Part shown: positions 60,853 to 64,000 of the stretch, in pieces | Layout of the letters: each line of letters starts with the position of its first letter | Numbering within the stretch: the first letter of the stretch is position 1 | NCBI RefSeq assembly: GCF_006345805.1 | Contig: NC_042998.1 | Span: 190,278,001 to 190,342,000 of the forward strand | Direction: 5' to 3' | Length of the DNA: 64,000 nucleotides | DNA from: Octopus sinensis | Lineage: Eukaryota | Program-made: the position numbers and the translations under genes | The notes under the pieces: model-generated | Databases searched by the model: none | The model's input: the letters and a program-made list of their open reading frames with translations, nothing else | Told to the model about the DNA's origin: nothing

Positions 60853-63689
60853 AATGATAGAGACCAGGATATATACCTACATTGAGGTCTTTTGCCTATT
60901 TTGTAACTGCTAAGTCTCTGTCTGCTAGTCCTCTTGCCTACTTGGTACACACTCATCTATTACCATCTCATCTATTCACCACACTATGCCACCAGCACCA
61001 GGGGAAATTCTAGATCTGTTCACACTGAATCCGCTACCGCTACTTGTAACTCCCTACCCCTTTGCGTAATGAAGGCTTGCAATGGGATCTGCTGATACCC
61101 AATATTACAGCTCCACTGACATCTCTCTCTCTCTCTCTCTCTTACCATTCCTATTCTTATCACTTGTCACCGGCACTCACTTTTTTTTTATTTCTACATG
61201 TCATCCTTATTTCCACCCACCCCAGATTACTCATTATTTCACAACCATTTTAACAATAATCTATTTGCTCTCTCTCTCTCTCTCTCTCTCATTACCAGCT
61301 ACCATTACTAGCTCTCTCATTTCTTTCTCCTCTTCCATACAGTCAACCTAATCACTGTCTTTGCCCATCACATACATCTCTACATTCTCTACATCCTTGT
61401 AACTTAGCAGTTTGGAATAAGAGACTGATAGAATAAGTATCAGGCTTATAAAAAAAATTAAATACTAGGGTCAATTTGTTTGACTAGAGCCCTCCAAGGC
61501 AGTGCCCCAGTATTGCAGCAGTCCAATGACTGAAACAAGTAAAAGAAAAGATATGAGTACATGGCATGGCTAACTAGTTGACAAGTGCACTCCACAATCA
61601 TGTGGTCCCAAGTTCACTTTGATTGCACACCATCTTGGGCAAGTTCTTTTACTAGTCTCCTATCAACCCAAGCCTTGTGAGTAAAATCAAGAAGATAGAA
61701 ACTGCATGAAAGGCTATGCAAAGGACCACCTGTAATTTAAAGAGCCTGCTTTAAAATACAGTGTTATGTTGATTCTATTTCACTAAGAATTATGTTAAGA
61801 ATACAAGTGTTTGTGGAATTCTCAGCCACTGACGCTATAATTCAACGAGTAGGTAGTTCTGCTAATTAAGCAACTGGAATACTCATCAATGAAACCGACA
61901 GCAGATCCAATTACTATATGTGCATATATGTACTCAAGCACATATATTCAAAAATAAAATATACACATACACACGTATAGTCTACTCCTACACATACATT
62001 AGTAACTGCTAAGTCTAAGCATCAGCTACATCAATTTACACCTGTCTGAGAGGGTTCACAAAGGTGATGGGCTCTGTACCTCATCTCCTAAGTAATTTAT
62101 AGATAATAAAAAAAATGACAGAGATGACTTCTTTACCAAGTTATTATTCTCTCAAAAGTTATCTCTCAATAGAATTCAACATTTTCTCACCAACATCTAT
62201 TTCCACTAACGTAACACACCTGTCTCTGCTGCTACTGCAGCAGTCTTTTTTTTTTTTTTTTTTACTCCAAACCAACAAGCACTCAATGCCTCTGCAACTT
62301 CTCCTCTCCTCACCCCAGCTTTGTTACACCCTAAAAACCCTATATCAAATTAAACGCTTTCAAAAATTGCCATCTTCTGGAATTCCAGTTCACACATTTC
62401 TCCATACTGAACTGATTTACAAAAAGTTCAAGCAGAACATCAACTAGGTTGATTCCAGCAATCTGAGATAGCTTACAAAAGGAATGGGTACTAACTCTAC
62501 TTCATTGATTAAATACAAACAATTAAAAATCTTTACGCTCTCTCTAATTACAGAAGTGTCACTAGAGGTTATAGGTTCTGGCATCACTGCGTTAATCTAA
62601 GCAAAAAAATTAATAGAAAATTCAAAAACAGAAAACTACTACCGAATCAGCAAATAGGTTAAGTCTGATGTATTTAACTGAAGATATATATCAAAAGTAA
62701 ATGTCACAATTAGCCTTATAGCCAATGTCTTTGATTGATATACATCAAAGAATGTGCAAATTAAGAGCAGATTATAAGTAGAATTGATAAAAGAAGTGTC
62801 ATATTTCTATGCGTATTTTATAACATTCAATACGCAAACGTACTTGTACATTAGGTAAAATTATAATTGTGTTCTCTATATGAGAAAGATAAAGCCTTAT
62901 CTTTTGAATGTTTGTTTCAATGTGAGCTATATATTATATTAGTTAAAAGAAAAAGAAAATGAATACTTTCAATAAACTTTTCATCAATACTATTATTGAG
63001 TTTATATGAAATCAATGAAACAAGAAATCAATATTTTTGTTATATATGTGTTTAAAATCAATCTTTGAACTTCAGCCAATATTAGATTTGTAAATGAAAG
63101 TTTTCACTTCTTTCTTGTTACTGTCTTCATACCAATAAATCCTTATATGCTGTATCTGTGAGACACATTATAGTGTACTACTGGGAGATTCAAGTCAGGT
63201 TTTATAAGTATCTTAAATAAATACAAGCTACTCATGGAGAAAGATATCAATAATTATATAACATGGAGCTCTATGTTTACCACTATCAGTGAGTAAACTA
63301 TCTCAGTATATTAACATTTGTTTTCCTTTGCTGATATGGCTACAATTCTACTTTCCATTCTTCATGTATCTCACTTCACCTAAAGTTTAACATTTTCACA
63401 TTTGGTTTCACTATTTAGATTAAACATCTTTAAAATTCTATGGTTACTTTGCAACAATCATATATCATCCATTCACATCCTATGTCTATATTTTTTTTAT
63501 ATAACTCAGTTATACTCCCCTTTTCTCAGATGATAGATCACATCTATAATAACATATACTTTTCCCATGCAGCCACTACACAGTCTCTTGATAACTCTTC
63601 TCCCAAGAATGCCTTTAGGGTAATTTATCAAAGAGATTTATTAGAGTATCATCATACCCATTTTTTGACTCCCTATTTCTTACTACATT

Positions 63690-63915
63690 GATGCCGTCGC
63701 CAGAACCGCCTGACTGGCCCTCATGCCGGTGGCACATAAAAGCACCCACTACACTCTCGGAGTGGTTGACGTTAGGAAGGGCATTTAGCTGTAGAAACTC
63801 TGCCAGATCAGAGTGGAGTCTGGTGCAGCCATCTGGCTTGCCAGACCTCAGTCAAGCCGTCCAGCCCATGCCAGCATGGAAAGCAGATGTGAAACGATGA
63901 TAATGATGATGATTG
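63690..63915 (+). mobile_element. RTE-LINE 3'-end repeat
   Basis: Family core with gatgataatgatgat tail. Confidence 0.85.
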
Positions 63916-64000
63916 ATATATTGAAATCCAATGTTACAAATCTGAATTAGCCATGCTTAACTGATACAATTAACTGTCCTGTAAAAAAAAAACATAGTAT

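Noticed and set aside
47814-64000. Search for dynamin exon 1 (P-loop GGQSAGKSS) and a promoter
   Set aside because: Not found; presumed beyond the right edge of the window.

Overview
Eukaryotic, AT-rich genomic DNA, most likely an octopus (inferred from abundant tRNA-derived SINEs resembling the octopus OK/OR1/OR2 types, and from RTE-LINE 3' ends with (GAT)n tails). The window lies inside one classical dynamin gene (shibire / DNM1-3 orthologue) on the minus strand. I traced 13 consecutive GT-AG coding exons with consistent phases, 47813 down to 8117. They cover the GTPase domain (from [14 protein letters not shown]), the middle/stalk domain and part of the PH domain. Exon 1 and the exons for the rest of PH, GED and PRD were not found and are presumed outside the window. 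The introns contain SINEs, RTE and CR1-like LINE fragments, Tc1/mariner relics, TTAA-flanked MITEs, Helentron-like elements and tandem repeats. Best leads: (1) the intron splitting the PH domain (8227-16124) is SINE-poor and holds an exon-like segment aligning ungapped to the canonical PH exon, a 14-nt microexon candidate that would create a stop, and two further phase-compatible exon candidates; (2) an intact-core minimal hammerhead ribozyme motif on the pre-mRNA strand, with a mutated sister copy inside a tRNA-headed SINE that has a Penelope-like tail; (3) a fold-back Tc1/mariner element made of two 3' ends; (4) ten in-frame copies of a 27-bp reverse-transcriptase segment at a LINE 5' junction. 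Exon coordinates were read base by base. Repeat boundaries are approximate. No database searches were run.
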